From Chthoniobacterales bacterium (GTDB taxonomy: Bacteria > Verrucomicrobiota > Verrucomicrobiia > Chthoniobacterales > UBA6821), in contig JBAPTI010000016.1 of assembly GCA_049282095.1 (NCBI GenBank), forward strand, positions 11,295-75,294: a DNA stretch of 64,000 bases, given 5' to 3'. Below, piece after piece: positions 35,974-46,843 of the stretch (position 1 is the stretch's first letter; each line of letters begins with the position of its first letter). The notes below the pieces were generated by a model. The model worked only from the letters and a program-made list of their open reading frames with translations. It did no database searches and was not told the DNA's origin. Both the position numbers and the translations under genes were made by a program.

Positions 35974-38900
35974 ATGAGCCCCCACGCCTACTCCGAGGAT
36001 CAGCTGGTCGAGCAACCGGCAATCGCCCTCTTTGGCGAAATGGGGTGGAAGACGGTGAGGGCCGATGAGGAGTCCTTCGGGCCGATCGGTACTCTCCAGC
36101 GTGAAACAAAGAGCGAGGTAGTATTAGCCACACCTCTGAGGGGCGCCCTCACAAAGCTGAACCCATCCCTCCCGGCCGAGGCGATCGACTCCGCCGTGGT
36201 CGCCCTGACCCGTGACCGCTCGGCGATGAGTCTGGAGGCGGCCAATCAGGAGATCTATGAGCTACTGAAGCAGGGTATCACGGTCTCCGTCCCGGATCGG
36301 GAGCGGGGAGGGCAGAAGATGGAGCGTCTGCGGGTGATCGACTGGGAGCATCCGGAGAATAATGATTTCCTGCTGGTGAGCCAGCTGAGTATCACGGGCC
36401 AGCTCTACACCTGCCGTCCCGATCTGGTCGGCTTCGTGAATGGTCTGCCACTGATGGTGATCGAGTTTAAGAAGCCGGGAGTCCCGGCTCGGGTGGCCTT
36501 TGACGAGAATCTGACCCACTACAAGAGGGAGATCCCATCGCTCTTCTGGTATAATGCATTCCTGATCGCCTCCAATGGCACGGAGAGCAGGGTTGGATCG
36601 CTGACCGCTGACTGGGGACGTTTCTTCGAGTGGAAGCGGATCGAGCGCGAGGATGAACCGCGTCGGGTCTCGCTGGAGGTCATGCTCCGTGGAACATGCG
36701 ATCCGAGGCGTCTGCTCGATCTGGTGGAGAACTTCACGCTCTTCTCGAAGCATAAGTCGGGGTTGGTGAAGATCATCGGGCAGAATCACCAGTTCCTCGG
36801 GGTGAACAATGCCATCACCTCGATGCTCGCGGCCCGGGCAATGGGGCATGGTCGAGGTGGGGTCTTCTGGCAGACGCAGGGGAGCGGGAAGAGCTTCTCG
36901 ATGGTCTTCTTTGCCCAGAAGGTGCTGCGCAAGGTCGCGGGGAACTGGTCCTTTGTCGTGGTGACGGATCGCGTGGAGCTGGATGAGCAGATCGCCACCA
37001 CGTTCAAGGCGACGGGTGCCGTCACCGAGGCGGAGGGGGATATGTGCCATGCCGGGAGTGGGTCCGAGCTGAGGGAGCTGCTCCGGGGGAATCACCGCTA
37101 TGTCTTCACGCTGATCCAGAAGTTCCAAACTCCCGAGGTGCTCTGCGACCGCTCTGACGTGATCGTGCTGACCGATGAGGCACATCGGAGCCAATACGAC
37201 ACGCTGGCCCTCAACATGCGTGCTGCCTTGCCGAAGGCGCTCTTCCTGGCCTTCACCGGTACGCCTCTGATCGCGGGGGAGGAGCGGACGAAGGAGGTCT
37301 TCGGCGACTATGTCTCGATCTATGACTTCCAGCAGTCGGTGGAGGACGGGGCGACGGTGCCCCTCTTCTACGAGAACCGGACGCCTGAACTCCAACTGGT
37401 GAATCCCGATCTGAACGATCAGATCTATGACCTGATCGAGGAGGCGCAACTCAACCCCGAGCAGGAGTCGAAACTCGAACGAGAACTCAGCCGCCAATAC
37501 CACATCATCACCCGCGATGACCGTCTGGAGACGGTGGCCAAGGATATCGTGAATCATTTCCTTGGCCGTGGATTCCAAGGGAAGGCGATGGTGGTCTCCA
37601 TCGACAAGGCGACCGCACTCCGGATGCATGCGAAGGTTTGCCGTCTATGGGATGAGGAGATAGTCAGGGTAAGCAAGGATTTAGCAGGATATCAGCTAGA
37701 TCCCGAGATAACGGCCGAACTCGAAGCGCGTCTGAAGATTCTACAGGAAACCGACATGGCGGTGATCGTGTCGCCGGGGCAGAACGAGATCGATCAGATG
37801 CAGAAGCTCGGTCTCGATATCCGTCCCCATCGCGAGCGGATGAACGCCGAAGAGCTGGATGAGAAGTTCAAGGAGACGGAGGATCCTCTCCGGCTGGTCT
37901 TTGTCTGCGCGATGTGGCTGACCGGCTTCGACGCCCCGAGCTGCTCGACTATCTACCTCGACAAGCCGATGCGGAATCACACGCTCATGCAGACAATCGC
38001 ACGAGCGAACCGGGTCTTCCCCGGCAAGCACAGTGGTCTGATCGTGGATTACGCCAACGTCTTTGCCTCACTGGAGAAATCGCTCGCGGTCTATGGCGCA
38101 GGGCAGGGGGGAGTCACCCCAGTCCGCAATAAGGAGCAACTGATCGCCGACCTGAGGAAAGCGATCGATGAAGCGACTCAATTCTGCGCCAGCAAGCGAG
38201 TGAATCTATCTGTTATCGAGGAGGCACCACCGAAGACGATGGAGCGTCTGAATCTGTTGAGCGAAGCGGTGAATGCTCTGATCTCGCCCGATCCTCTGCG
38301 GAAGGAGTTTCTGGCGCATGATCGGATTGTCCGAACTCTGTATGATGCCGTGAAGCCGAGTCCGGAGGTGCTTGTCCATACACCCCGAGTGAGCTGTCTT
38401 GTGGCGATTGCCGATGCCATCAAGTCCCAGCTCAATCCCAACCCGCCCGATGTTTCCGTTGTCATGGGGCGGATCAATGAGCTGCTCGACCAGTCAATCG
38501 AGGGTGTGGAGATGGCGGCGAAGCCACTCCCTCTGCTGGATCTTAGCAAGATTGATTTCGCGGCACTGGCCAAGCGCTTTAAGAATTCCAAGAAGAAGAA
38601 TATCGAACTGGAAGCCCTGAAGGCTTCGGTGAAGGCATTGCTCGACCGCCTGATCGCGATGAATCGTACCCGGACCAACTACACGGAGAAGTTCGAGGAG
38701 CTGATCGAGGCCTACAACAATGGGAGCAAGACCATCGAGCAACTGTATCAGGAACTTCTGGAGTTAAGCCGAAACCTGTCTGAGGAGGAGGCCCGGCATG
38801 TTCGGGAAAATCTTACCGAGGAGGAGCTGACCGTCTTTGATCTCCTGACCCGTCCCGGACCCGAGCTGTCCACTGATGAAAAGGAAGAGGTCAAGAAGGT

Positions 38901-39111
38901 GGCCCGCCTTCTCCATCAGAGACTCCAACGCCTGATTACTTTCAACTGGCGGCAGACGATACAGGCCCGAGCTCTCGTCAAGAACGCCATCGAGGAGACC
39001 CTTGATGAGGGGCTTCCCCGCGCCTACGCCCCCGAACTCTACAAAAACAAATGCGGTGTTGTCTTCGAGCACGTCTATGAGACCTACTCGGAAGAGAAGG
39101 CTAGGGCTTAA
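35974..39111 (+). CDS. hsdR: Type I restriction enzyme, endonuclease/translocase subunit
   Basis: 1045 aa with the N-terminal nuclease region, SF2 motor motifs WQTQGSGKS (motif I) and VLTDEAHRSQ (DEAH), and a C-terminal helical domain. Confidence 0.95.
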   Translation: MSPHAYSEDQLVEQPAIALFGEMGWKTVRADEESFGPIGTLQRETKSEVVLATPLRGALTKLNPSLPAEAIDSAVVALTRDRSAMSLEAANQEIYELLKQGITVSVPDRERGGQKMERLRVIDWEHPENNDFLLVSQLSITGQLYTCRPDLVGFVNGLPLMVIEFKKPGVPARVAFDENLTHYKREIPSLFWYNAFLIASNGTESRVGSLTADWGRFFEWKRIEREDEPRRVSLEVMLRGTCDPRRLLDLVENFTLFSKHKSGLVKIIGQNHQFLGVNNAITSMLAARAMGHGRGGVFWQTQGSGKSFSMVFFAQKVLRKVAGNWSFVVVTDRVELDEQIATTFKATGAVTEAEGDMCHAGSGSELRELLRGNHRYVFTLIQKFQTPEVLCDRSDVIVLTDEAHRSQYDTLALNMRAALPKALFLAFTGTPLIAGEERTKEVFGDYVSIYDFQQSVEDGATVPLFYENRTPELQLVNPDLNDQIYDLIEEAQLNPEQESKLERELSRQYHIITRDDRLETVAKDIVNHFLGRGFQGKAMVVSIDKATALRMHAKVCRLWDEEIVRVSKDLAGYQLDPEITAELEARLKILQETDMAVIVSPGQNEIDQMQKLGLDIRPHRERMNAEELDEKFKETEDPLRLVFVCAMWLTGFDAPSCSTIYLDKPMRNHTLMQTIARANRVFPGKHSGLIVDYANVFASLEKSLAVYGAGQGGVTPVRNKEQLIADLRKAIDEATQFCASKRVNLSVIEEAPPKTMERLNLLSEAVNALISPDPLRKEFLAHDRIVRTLYDAVKPSPEVLVHTPRVSCLVAIADAIKSQLNPNPPDVSVVMGRINELLDQSIEGVEMAAKPLPLLDLSKIDFAALAKRFKNSKKKNIELEALKASVKALLDRLIAMNRTRTNYTEKFEELIEAYNNGSKTIEQLYQELLELSRNLSEEEARHVRENLTEEELTVFDLLTRPGPELSTDEKEEVKKVARLLHQRLQRLITFNWRQTIQARALVKNAIEETLDEGLPRAYAPELYKNKCGVVFEHVYETYSEEKARA

Positions 39112-39126
39112 AGCTGATTCTACAGA

Positions 39127-39225
39127 GGATTGGAATTTTGGATGCAGCGCCAGGCGTGCGAGGGAGGGCGTAGTAATCCTACGCCGACCGATCAACAACA
39201 CCGCGCGGCGCCAAAATCCCAATCC
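39127..39225. terminator. Nested hairpin between convergent hsdR and PIN-PhoH genes (probable bidirectional terminator)
   Basis: Outer arms GGATTGGAATTTTGG (39127-39141) and CCAAAATCCCAATCC (39211-39225) match at 14/15 positions. The inner hairpin is GGCGTAG-TAATC-CTACGCC (39167-39185). Confidence 0.45.
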
Positions 39226-39226
39226 G

Positions 39227-40765
39227 CTACATCAACTGCGCTCCCATTTCAGCAAGTGGGGAACGCTCTCCCTTGGTGAGCGAGATATGGGCGGTGAGTT
39301 TATTGCCACGCATCTTGTTGCGGGTATGGACGAGGCCGTTTGAGCGGCGGTCGACATACGGGTTGTCGATTTGGGCGGGGTCGCCGACCATCACGAGCTT
39401 CGATCCGCGTGACATGCGGGTGACCACGGTCTTGGCCTCAAGCGGGGTGAGTTGCTGGGCCTCGTCGAGGACGAAGAAGCGGTTCGGGATGGAGCGGCCT
39501 CGGATGTAGCAGAGGGCCTCGATCTCGAGTAGGCCTCGCTGCATGAGCTGTTCGTAGGGCTTGAGCGGTTTCTGCTGGCCGGGTGCCGCCGCATCCTGCT
39601 GCTGGGTCACCTGTTTCTTCTGCTTCTTGCGCTCGGAGGCGTGCCGTCCGTTCTCTCCGGAGTGCGGATTGGCGGGCAGGAGGACCTCGAAGGCGTCGTA
39701 GATGGACTGGAGCCAGGGGTGGAGCTTCTCCTCGAGGCTGCCGGGCAGGAATCCAAGGGTGTCCCCCATGGCCACGACGGGGCGGCTGACGGTCATGCCG
39801 TTATAGGCTTTCTGTCCGGTGAGGTAGAGCCCTGCGCCGACGGCGGTGAGGGTCTTGCCGGTGCCGGCCTGGCCGTAGCAGGTGATGAGCGCGATCTCGG
39901 GATCGAGGAGGGCGTCGAGGAAGCAGAGTTGGCCGAGGTTTGCCGGACGTAGCTCGATGCCTCTTGGCATCTGGAGCGTCGTGGGAACTTTGAGCCGCTG
40001 GAAGTGTCCCCCTCCCATGTGCCGCGCAGGCATGAGCTTCTGCTCGGAGGCGGCGAGGAGGACGTATTCGTTGATCTCAAGGTCCCCGGTGCGGTTCGCC
40101 TCAAGGTCGATGCTGAGGGAGCTTCCGAAGCGCTGGAGTTCGTGGGCCTCGACGATGATGCGGCGGATCTCCCCTTCCTCGGCATCCTCGGCGGAGACCT
40201 TGTCATTGAGGTAGTCCTGGCAGGTGATGCCTATGGCCATCGCCTTCAACTGCATGTTCAGATCCTTGGTGACGAGGATGCAGGGGGTGCCTTCCTTCTC
40301 CATCTCCTGAACGGCGAGGCAGGCGGCCATGATCCGGTGATCGACGGGCTCGCGATCGGGGAAGATCTTGGCGAACCGGCGCATGGCGGGGGAGGGCTTC
40401 TCCCGGCGCATGGCGTCGTTCATGAAGATGCGAACGGTGCCACCCCCGGCTGTCTTCACGCCACGAGTCACTTTTTTCGTCTCGTGGTCGAAGATCTGGG
40501 TGAGGAAGCGGTGGACGGTGCGGGCGTTGGCGCCGCGCTCGGTCTGCTCGTTCTTGAACCGGTCGAGTTCGGAGAGGACCTCGACGGGGATGAAGAGATG
40601 GTTGTTGTCGAAGCGGTTGAGGCAGTGCGGGTCGTGCAGGAGGACGTTGGTATCGAGCACGAAGTTCTTCACCTGGCCGGCAACCGCTCCTCGACTCGAC
40701 CTCGTCGGGGTGGGAAAGAAAAGGTTCTGTTCCTCGGAGGTTTCCAGCGGGGTGGTTCGGTGCAT
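39227..40765 (-). CDS. PIN-domain + PhoH ATPase fusion (PhoH2/YlaK-like RNA helicase-nuclease)
   Basis: 512 aa. N-terminal PIN region FVLDTNVLLHDPHCL...FIPVEVLSELD. C-terminal PhoH P-loop GQAGTGKT and VLDEAQQLTP. Confidence 0.88.
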   Translation of the reverse strand: MHRTTPLETSEEQNLFFPTPTRSSRGAVAGQVKNFVLDTNVLLHDPHCLNRFDNNHLFIPVEVLSELDRFKNEQTERGANARTVHRFLTQIFDHETKKVTRGVKTAGGGTVRIFMNDAMRREKPSPAMRRFAKIFPDREPVDHRIMAACLAVQEMEKEGTPCILVTKDLNMQLKAMAIGITCQDYLNDKVSAEDAEEGEIRRIIVEAHELQRFGSSLSIDLEANRTGDLEINEYVLLAASEQKLMPARHMGGGHFQRLKVPTTLQMPRGIELRPANLGQLCFLDALLDPEIALITCYGQAGTGKTLTAVGAGLYLTGQKAYNGMTVSRPVVAMGDTLGFLPGSLEEKLHPWLQSIYDAFEVLLPANPHSGENGRHASERKKQKKQVTQQQDAAAPGQQKPLKPYEQLMQRGLLEIEALCYIRGRSIPNRFFVLDEAQQLTPLEAKTVVTRMSRGSKLVMVGDPAQIDNPYVDRRSNGLVHTRNKMRGNKLTAHISLTKGERSPLAEMGAQLM

Positions 40766-40798
40766 GGTTCGGGTCAGGTGTTAAGGTTGGGGTGACTT

Positions 40799-41076
40799 AG
40801 AGACTGTCTGAAAACTCGGGAGAGCCGCGTTGGCGGGGATTTTTCCGTTGGCCAAGAAGGGAGGACGGCGGCAATACCCGTGCGGTCTTGTTCCGTCCGA
40901 TCCGACACTGGCCAAAGGGAAAAGCCACCCAACCCTTCGGGCAAGAGCAAGAGAAGCTGTCTGGCTGCGTTCCCTGCTCGGTCAAAGACCACTGCGGGGA
41001 TTCTCCCTCGCAGGTGCCTGACCATCCAGACACCCCTTGCTCTCGCGCGGCATTCCCCATTTTTCAGACAGTCTCT
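40799..41076. repeat. 278-bp unit closed by a perfect 16-bp inverted repeat (MITE-like element or structured RNA)
   Basis: AGAGACTGTCTGAAAA (40799-40814) is the exact reverse complement of TTTTCAGACAGTCTCT (41061-41076). The interior is GC-rich with no credible ORF. Confidence 0.5.
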
Positions 41077-41371
41077 TAAAGGAAGCGCTAGGGCTTCCCC
41101 AAACGAACCCCTCCAAGGGAGAGGCCGAAAGGGGAACACGGCAGTTGAATCAGTAAGCCGTGAAGACAAGGGGCCGGCACCGGTGAGCCCTACCGGAGTT
41201 TCAAACCGCACCGAATCGCAGTGGCGACGGGTTCGAGTCAAGATGAGCGGATATTCACAGGTTATTCACAGACTCCACAACAGAAAAAACGCGCCTTTTT
41301 CGACATGGATCGCAAGTGGCTGGAGGAAAGGGGACAAGGAACCAAGTGAAAGTGAAAGGAGGGCAAGCCGT

Positions 41372-41393
41372 CCAAAAGCCTTCAGTCTGAAGG
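41372..41393 (-). terminator. Probable terminator of the 143-aa membrane-protein gene
   Basis: The minus strand reads CCTTCAGACTGAAGG followed by CTTTTGG, 22 nt after the stop. The stem is short with a minimal loop. Confidence 0.4.
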
Positions 41394-41414
41394 ACTCTGC
41401 CCTGCCCCGTTTCC

Positions 41415-41846
41415 TCAGCCCATGACGCTGACGACCCAGCCGACGGTGGCTCCGTAGATCATGTGGGCAGCCAGTTGAGCCAACCCTGTTTCCAACCCTT
41501 TCTCGTGATAGCCCGCAACGGGGTGGTGTTCCATGATCATGATGCTCACGAGCAGCATGATGATCACCCCGTGCAGGCTGCCGAGGAGAAGACCCGTCAT
41601 GGTATTGAAGGGAAGGTGCGAGAGATTGAGGAAGCCGGCATACAGGAAGGCGAAGAGGATGCCCATGCCGAGATGAAGGACTAAACCGCTCCCGAAAATC
41701 CGCTCCTTCCTTCCGGTCATGAGTGCTCCGACGGCGCGGATGACATCGATCTTACCCCACTCCATCCAGCGCGGAATGAGCAGGAAGCTGGTCATCACGG
41801 CGGTTCCGGAAAGACCGCCCATCAGCAGGGGAAACCATGGCTTCAT
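41415..41846 (-). CDS. Hypothetical 4-TM membrane protein
   Basis: 143 aa with four hydrophobic segments and His-rich loops (MEHHPVAGYHEKG). Family not recognised. Confidence 0.5.
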   Translation of the reverse strand: MKPWFPLLMGGLSGTAVMTSFLLIPRWMEWGKIDVIRAVGALMTGRKERIFGSGLVLHLGMGILFAFLYAGFLNLSHLPFNTMTGLLLGSLHGVIIMLLVSIMIMEHHPVAGYHEKGLETGLAQLAAHMIYGATVGWVVSVMG

Positions 41847-41971
41847 GAATCACGCTACGGCCGGAGATGCGCCGCGCAAGGAAGAGAGGTCTACGCATTA
41901 CCCGTATCTCTTCACGCTGCCTGCTTACCTTTAGCCTTCAGTCTTCGGACTTCAGCCTTTAGTCTCCCCCG

Positions 41972-43273
41972 ATGCATTCTTTCCGCTATGTCGATGGCTC
42001 GCTCAAGTGCGAGGGTGTGGATCTCGATTCCGTGGCTTCCGAGGTGGGGACTCCCGCCTATGTCTATTCGGCCGAGACGATCAGGAACAATTTCCGCCGA
42101 CTCGATGCGGCGCTGGCGCCGCTCGGCGACCGGATGATCTGCTACGCCATGAAGGCGAACAGCAACCTCTCCGTGCTGAACCTGCTCGCAAAGGAAGGTT
42201 CGGGATTCGACATCGTCTCGGGCGGCGAACTCTTCCGGGTCCTCAAGGCGGGGGGCCGCGCCGACCGGTGCACCTTTGCCGGCGTCGGCAAGACGGCGGG
42301 GGATATCGACTTCGCCCTGCGCCAGGGGATCTACAGCTTCAATGTCGAGTCGGAGGAGGAACTCGAATGCATCAACGAGGTGGCCGGCAAGGCGGGCCTC
42401 GTGGCTCCGATCGCCGTCCGCGTGAATCCCGACGTCGACGCCCCGACCCACAAGTACATCTCCACGGGCAAGAGCAAGAACAAGTTCGGCATCGGCCTCG
42501 ACCGCGCCGCCGCAGTCTACGAACGCGCCGCATCGCTCCCGCACATCAGGATCCAGGGTCTCCAGACCCACATCGGCTCCCAGATCCTGAAGGCACCTCC
42601 CTTCGCGGAGGCCATCCGCAAGCTTACTCCGCTTGTCCTCGAGTTGAAGGCGAAGCACGGGCTGGAGTTCTTCAGCGTCGGAGGCGGTGTGGGCATCGTC
42701 TACCGCGGCGCCCTTGCCAGCGGTGACGCTGCCTGGTGGAAGGGAAGCGGCGAGGAGGGCTTGGAACGCCTTGCCCCCGAGGTCTATGCCGCCGAGGTGA
42801 TCGATCCGCTGAAGGCTCTCGGGCTTCGCATACTCTTCGAGCCCGGCCGCTTCATCGTCGGCAACGCCGGGGTCCTCCTCACGTCCGTGCTCTACCGCAA
42901 GTCCACCCCGACCAAGAATTTCGTGATCGTCGACGCCGGCATGAACGACCTGATCCGTCCGGCCCTCTACGAGGGGCATCATGAGATCGAGCCGCTGCGC
43001 CAGCCCAAGGATGCCACGCTCGAGAAGGTCGATGTCGTCGGTCCGGTCTGCGAGAGCGGTGATTTCTTCGCACAGGACCGCGAGATTCCCGTGCTCGCTC
43101 CCGGCGACCGCATCGCGCTGATGAGCTCCGGTGCCTACGGCTTCGTCATGGCCTCGACCTACAACGCCCGTCCGCTTCTTCCCGAAGTGCTGGTGGAGGG
43201 AGACAAGGCCACGGTCGTCCGCGATCGCCAGACCTGGGATGATCTCATCCGTGGGGAAAAGGTGCCTGGGTAA
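41972..43273 (+). CDS. lysA: Diaminopimelate decarboxylase
   Basis: 433 aa with the PLP-lysine motif CYAMKANSN, GFDIVSGGEL, and VVGPVCESGD. Confidence 0.93.
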   Translation: MHSFRYVDGSLKCEGVDLDSVASEVGTPAYVYSAETIRNNFRRLDAALAPLGDRMICYAMKANSNLSVLNLLAKEGSGFDIVSGGELFRVLKAGGRADRCTFAGVGKTAGDIDFALRQGIYSFNVESEEELECINEVAGKAGLVAPIAVRVNPDVDAPTHKYISTGKSKNKFGIGLDRAAAVYERAASLPHIRIQGLQTHIGSQILKAPPFAEAIRKLTPLVLELKAKHGLEFFSVGGGVGIVYRGALASGDAAWWKGSGEEGLERLAPEVYAAEVIDPLKALGLRILFEPGRFIVGNAGVLLTSVLYRKSTPTKNFVIVDAGMNDLIRPALYEGHHEIEPLRQPKDATLEKVDVVGPVCESGDFFAQDREIPVLAPGDRIALMSSGAYGFVMASTYNARPLLPEVLVEGDKATVVRDRQTWDDLIRGEKVPG

Positions 43274-43303
43274 GGGTAGAAAAAAGAGAGCGGAAATATT
43301 TTA

Positions 43304-43323
43304 ACCCGCCTGAAACAGCGGGT
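43304..43323. terminator. Hairpin between convergent lysA and the metallophosphoesterase gene
   Basis: ACCCGC-CTGAAACA-GCGGGT, with AT-rich flanks on both sides. Confidence 0.4.
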
Positions 43324-43327
43324 AGTT

Positions 43328-44281
43328 CTATTTACCGGTCCGGAGAATATGCACCGTGATCTCGGGCGGGCAATGGAAGCGGGCCGCCACGCCGGCCGAT
43401 CCGCTGCCGCGTGAGGTGTATCCGATCATTCCGCCTTCACGCCAGGATCCGGCGAGGTGCTCCCTGCGGCATCCTGGGGCATTGCGGTAGATGGGGAAGC
43501 CTCCCGGGGCGCAGATCTGGCCACCATGCGTGTGGCCGCTGAGGTGGAGGTTGTAACCGAGCCTGGCCGCCTCCCGATAGGTCTCGGGCGAATGGGAAAG
43601 CAGGATGGCGGGCTCCTGCTCGGGGATGGTCGCACTCGCCAGTTTCAGATCGTGTGTGCGGAAGAAATGGGGATCGTCGACTCCGGAGATCCAGAGACGC
43701 TTTCCCCCGCGCTCGATGGAGACAGATTCGTTCAGCAGGAAGGGAAGTCCCGCCTCCTCGAGGGGGGCGACCTTTTCCAGGAAGTCGTGGTTGCCAAGGA
43801 TGGCGAAGCGTACCGGATGAAGTGACGGGAGAAATCGGAGCATCTCGGCCAGAGACCGGTCGAACGGTGCGCGCACATCGTTGTGGTAGTCGCCGGTCAG
43901 GACAACTGCGTCGTGCGGGGTGGAGGCCATCCTTTCCCCGATCCGTTCCATCACGCGTGTGTCGAGATCGCAATGGAGGTCGGCGAGTTGGAGCAGGCGG
44001 AATCCCTCAAAGGGAGAGGGTAGCCCCGGTATCACCACTTCGTGTTCCACTACCTGCAGGTCGAGGATGTTCCGGAGACCGCGTTCACGCAGCCCGCAGG
44101 CCGCGACAACTGCGGCAACGCAGGCGTTCACGGAGAAAAAACGCTCCAGCGCAAAGAGCCCAAGGCCCTGAGCCACCTTCCTCCGGACAAGGCGGTCCTG
44201 AAGATGGAGGCGGCGGAGAGTCCGCTCCTCACCCAGTCGCTCCCGGATCCGATCGGGGATGGTGTTGGTCAAAGAAGGCAT
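43328..44281 (-). CDS. Membrane-associated metallophosphoesterase (YaeI/YkuE-like)
   Basis: LLQLADLHCD, VLTGDY, GNHD, GHTHGG. Start set to ATG 44281. The 35 extra N-terminal codons of the track ORF (to 44386) are encoded by repeat words. Confidence 0.8.
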   Translation of the reverse strand: MPSLTNTIPDRIRERLGEERTLRRLHLQDRLVRRKVAQGLGLFALERFFSVNACVAAVVAACGLRERGLRNILDLQVVEHEVVIPGLPSPFEGFRLLQLADLHCDLDTRVMERIGERMASTPHDAVVLTGDYHNDVRAPFDRSLAEMLRFLPSLHPVRFAILGNHDFLEKVAPLEEAGLPFLLNESVSIERGGKRLWISGVDDPHFFRTHDLKLASATIPEQEPAILLSHSPETYREAARLGYNLHLSGHTHGGQICAPGGFPIYRNAPGCRREHLAGSWREGGMIGYTSRGSGSAGVAARFHCPPEITVHILRTGK

Positions 44282-44313
44282 CGAAAGAAGATAAGGCAGA
44301 GCCGCGAAATTGC

Positions 44314-44410
44314 TAATCAGGAACCGGAGGGGGATGAACAACGACGAAGGCAAAAGGCAAAAGGAAGAATGAAAAAGGCTATCCAATCATCTTTCTGAGT
44401 TCCTGATTCA
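44314..44410. repeat. Composite element: D-type 10-bp inverted repeat enclosing a solo family-B arm
   Basis: AATCAGGAAC (44315-44324) pairs with GTTCCTGATT (44399-44408). The interior GGCAAAAGGCAAAAGGAAGAATGAAAAAGG (44349-44378) matches the reverse complement of family-B right arms. Confidence 0.65.
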
Positions 44411-44426
44411 ACTGTTGGCTCTCTAC

Positions 44427-44496
44427 AAAAAAGGCAGCCCGGTCGGGTTTCCGAGTCCTTCCCCCGAGATCTCGAAATTTTTGACGACCGGGCTGC
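44427..44496 (-). terminator. Strong minus-strand intrinsic terminator upstream of the metallophosphoesterase gene (attenuator or sRNA end)
   Basis: Perfect 12-bp arms GCAGCCCGGTCG (44434-44445) and CGACCGGGCTGC (44485-44496). The inner stem is TTTCGAG/CTCGGAAA. On the minus strand the hairpin is followed by CTTTTTTG (A-run at 44427-44432 on the plus strand). Confidence 0.55.
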
Positions 44497-44586
44497 AACC
44501 ACAAACCGGGTTGTATCAAGCACAGCCCGTGCCAACTCCCAATATACCCTCCGAAGCTGATGGAACGGGCGGTGTGTGATTTTTAA

Positions 44587-46830
<2,244 letters not shown>

Positions 46831-46843
46831 TTCTGAAACTCTC

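Noticed and set aside
40766-41414. Known large ncRNAs in the long ORF-free region: RNase P RNA, tmRNA, SRP RNA, cobalamin riboswitch.
   Set aside because: - No GAGGAAAGUCCGG or ACAGAA.CCGGCUUA (RNase P) was found.
- No tRNA-like 3' end or tag ORF (tmRNA) was found.
- No GUCAGGUCCGGAAGGAAGCAGC (SRP) was found.
- A GCCACTG B12-box-like heptamer exists on the minus strand (about 41226-41220), but it lies 5' of the CCGGTGAG-like segment, which is the wrong order.
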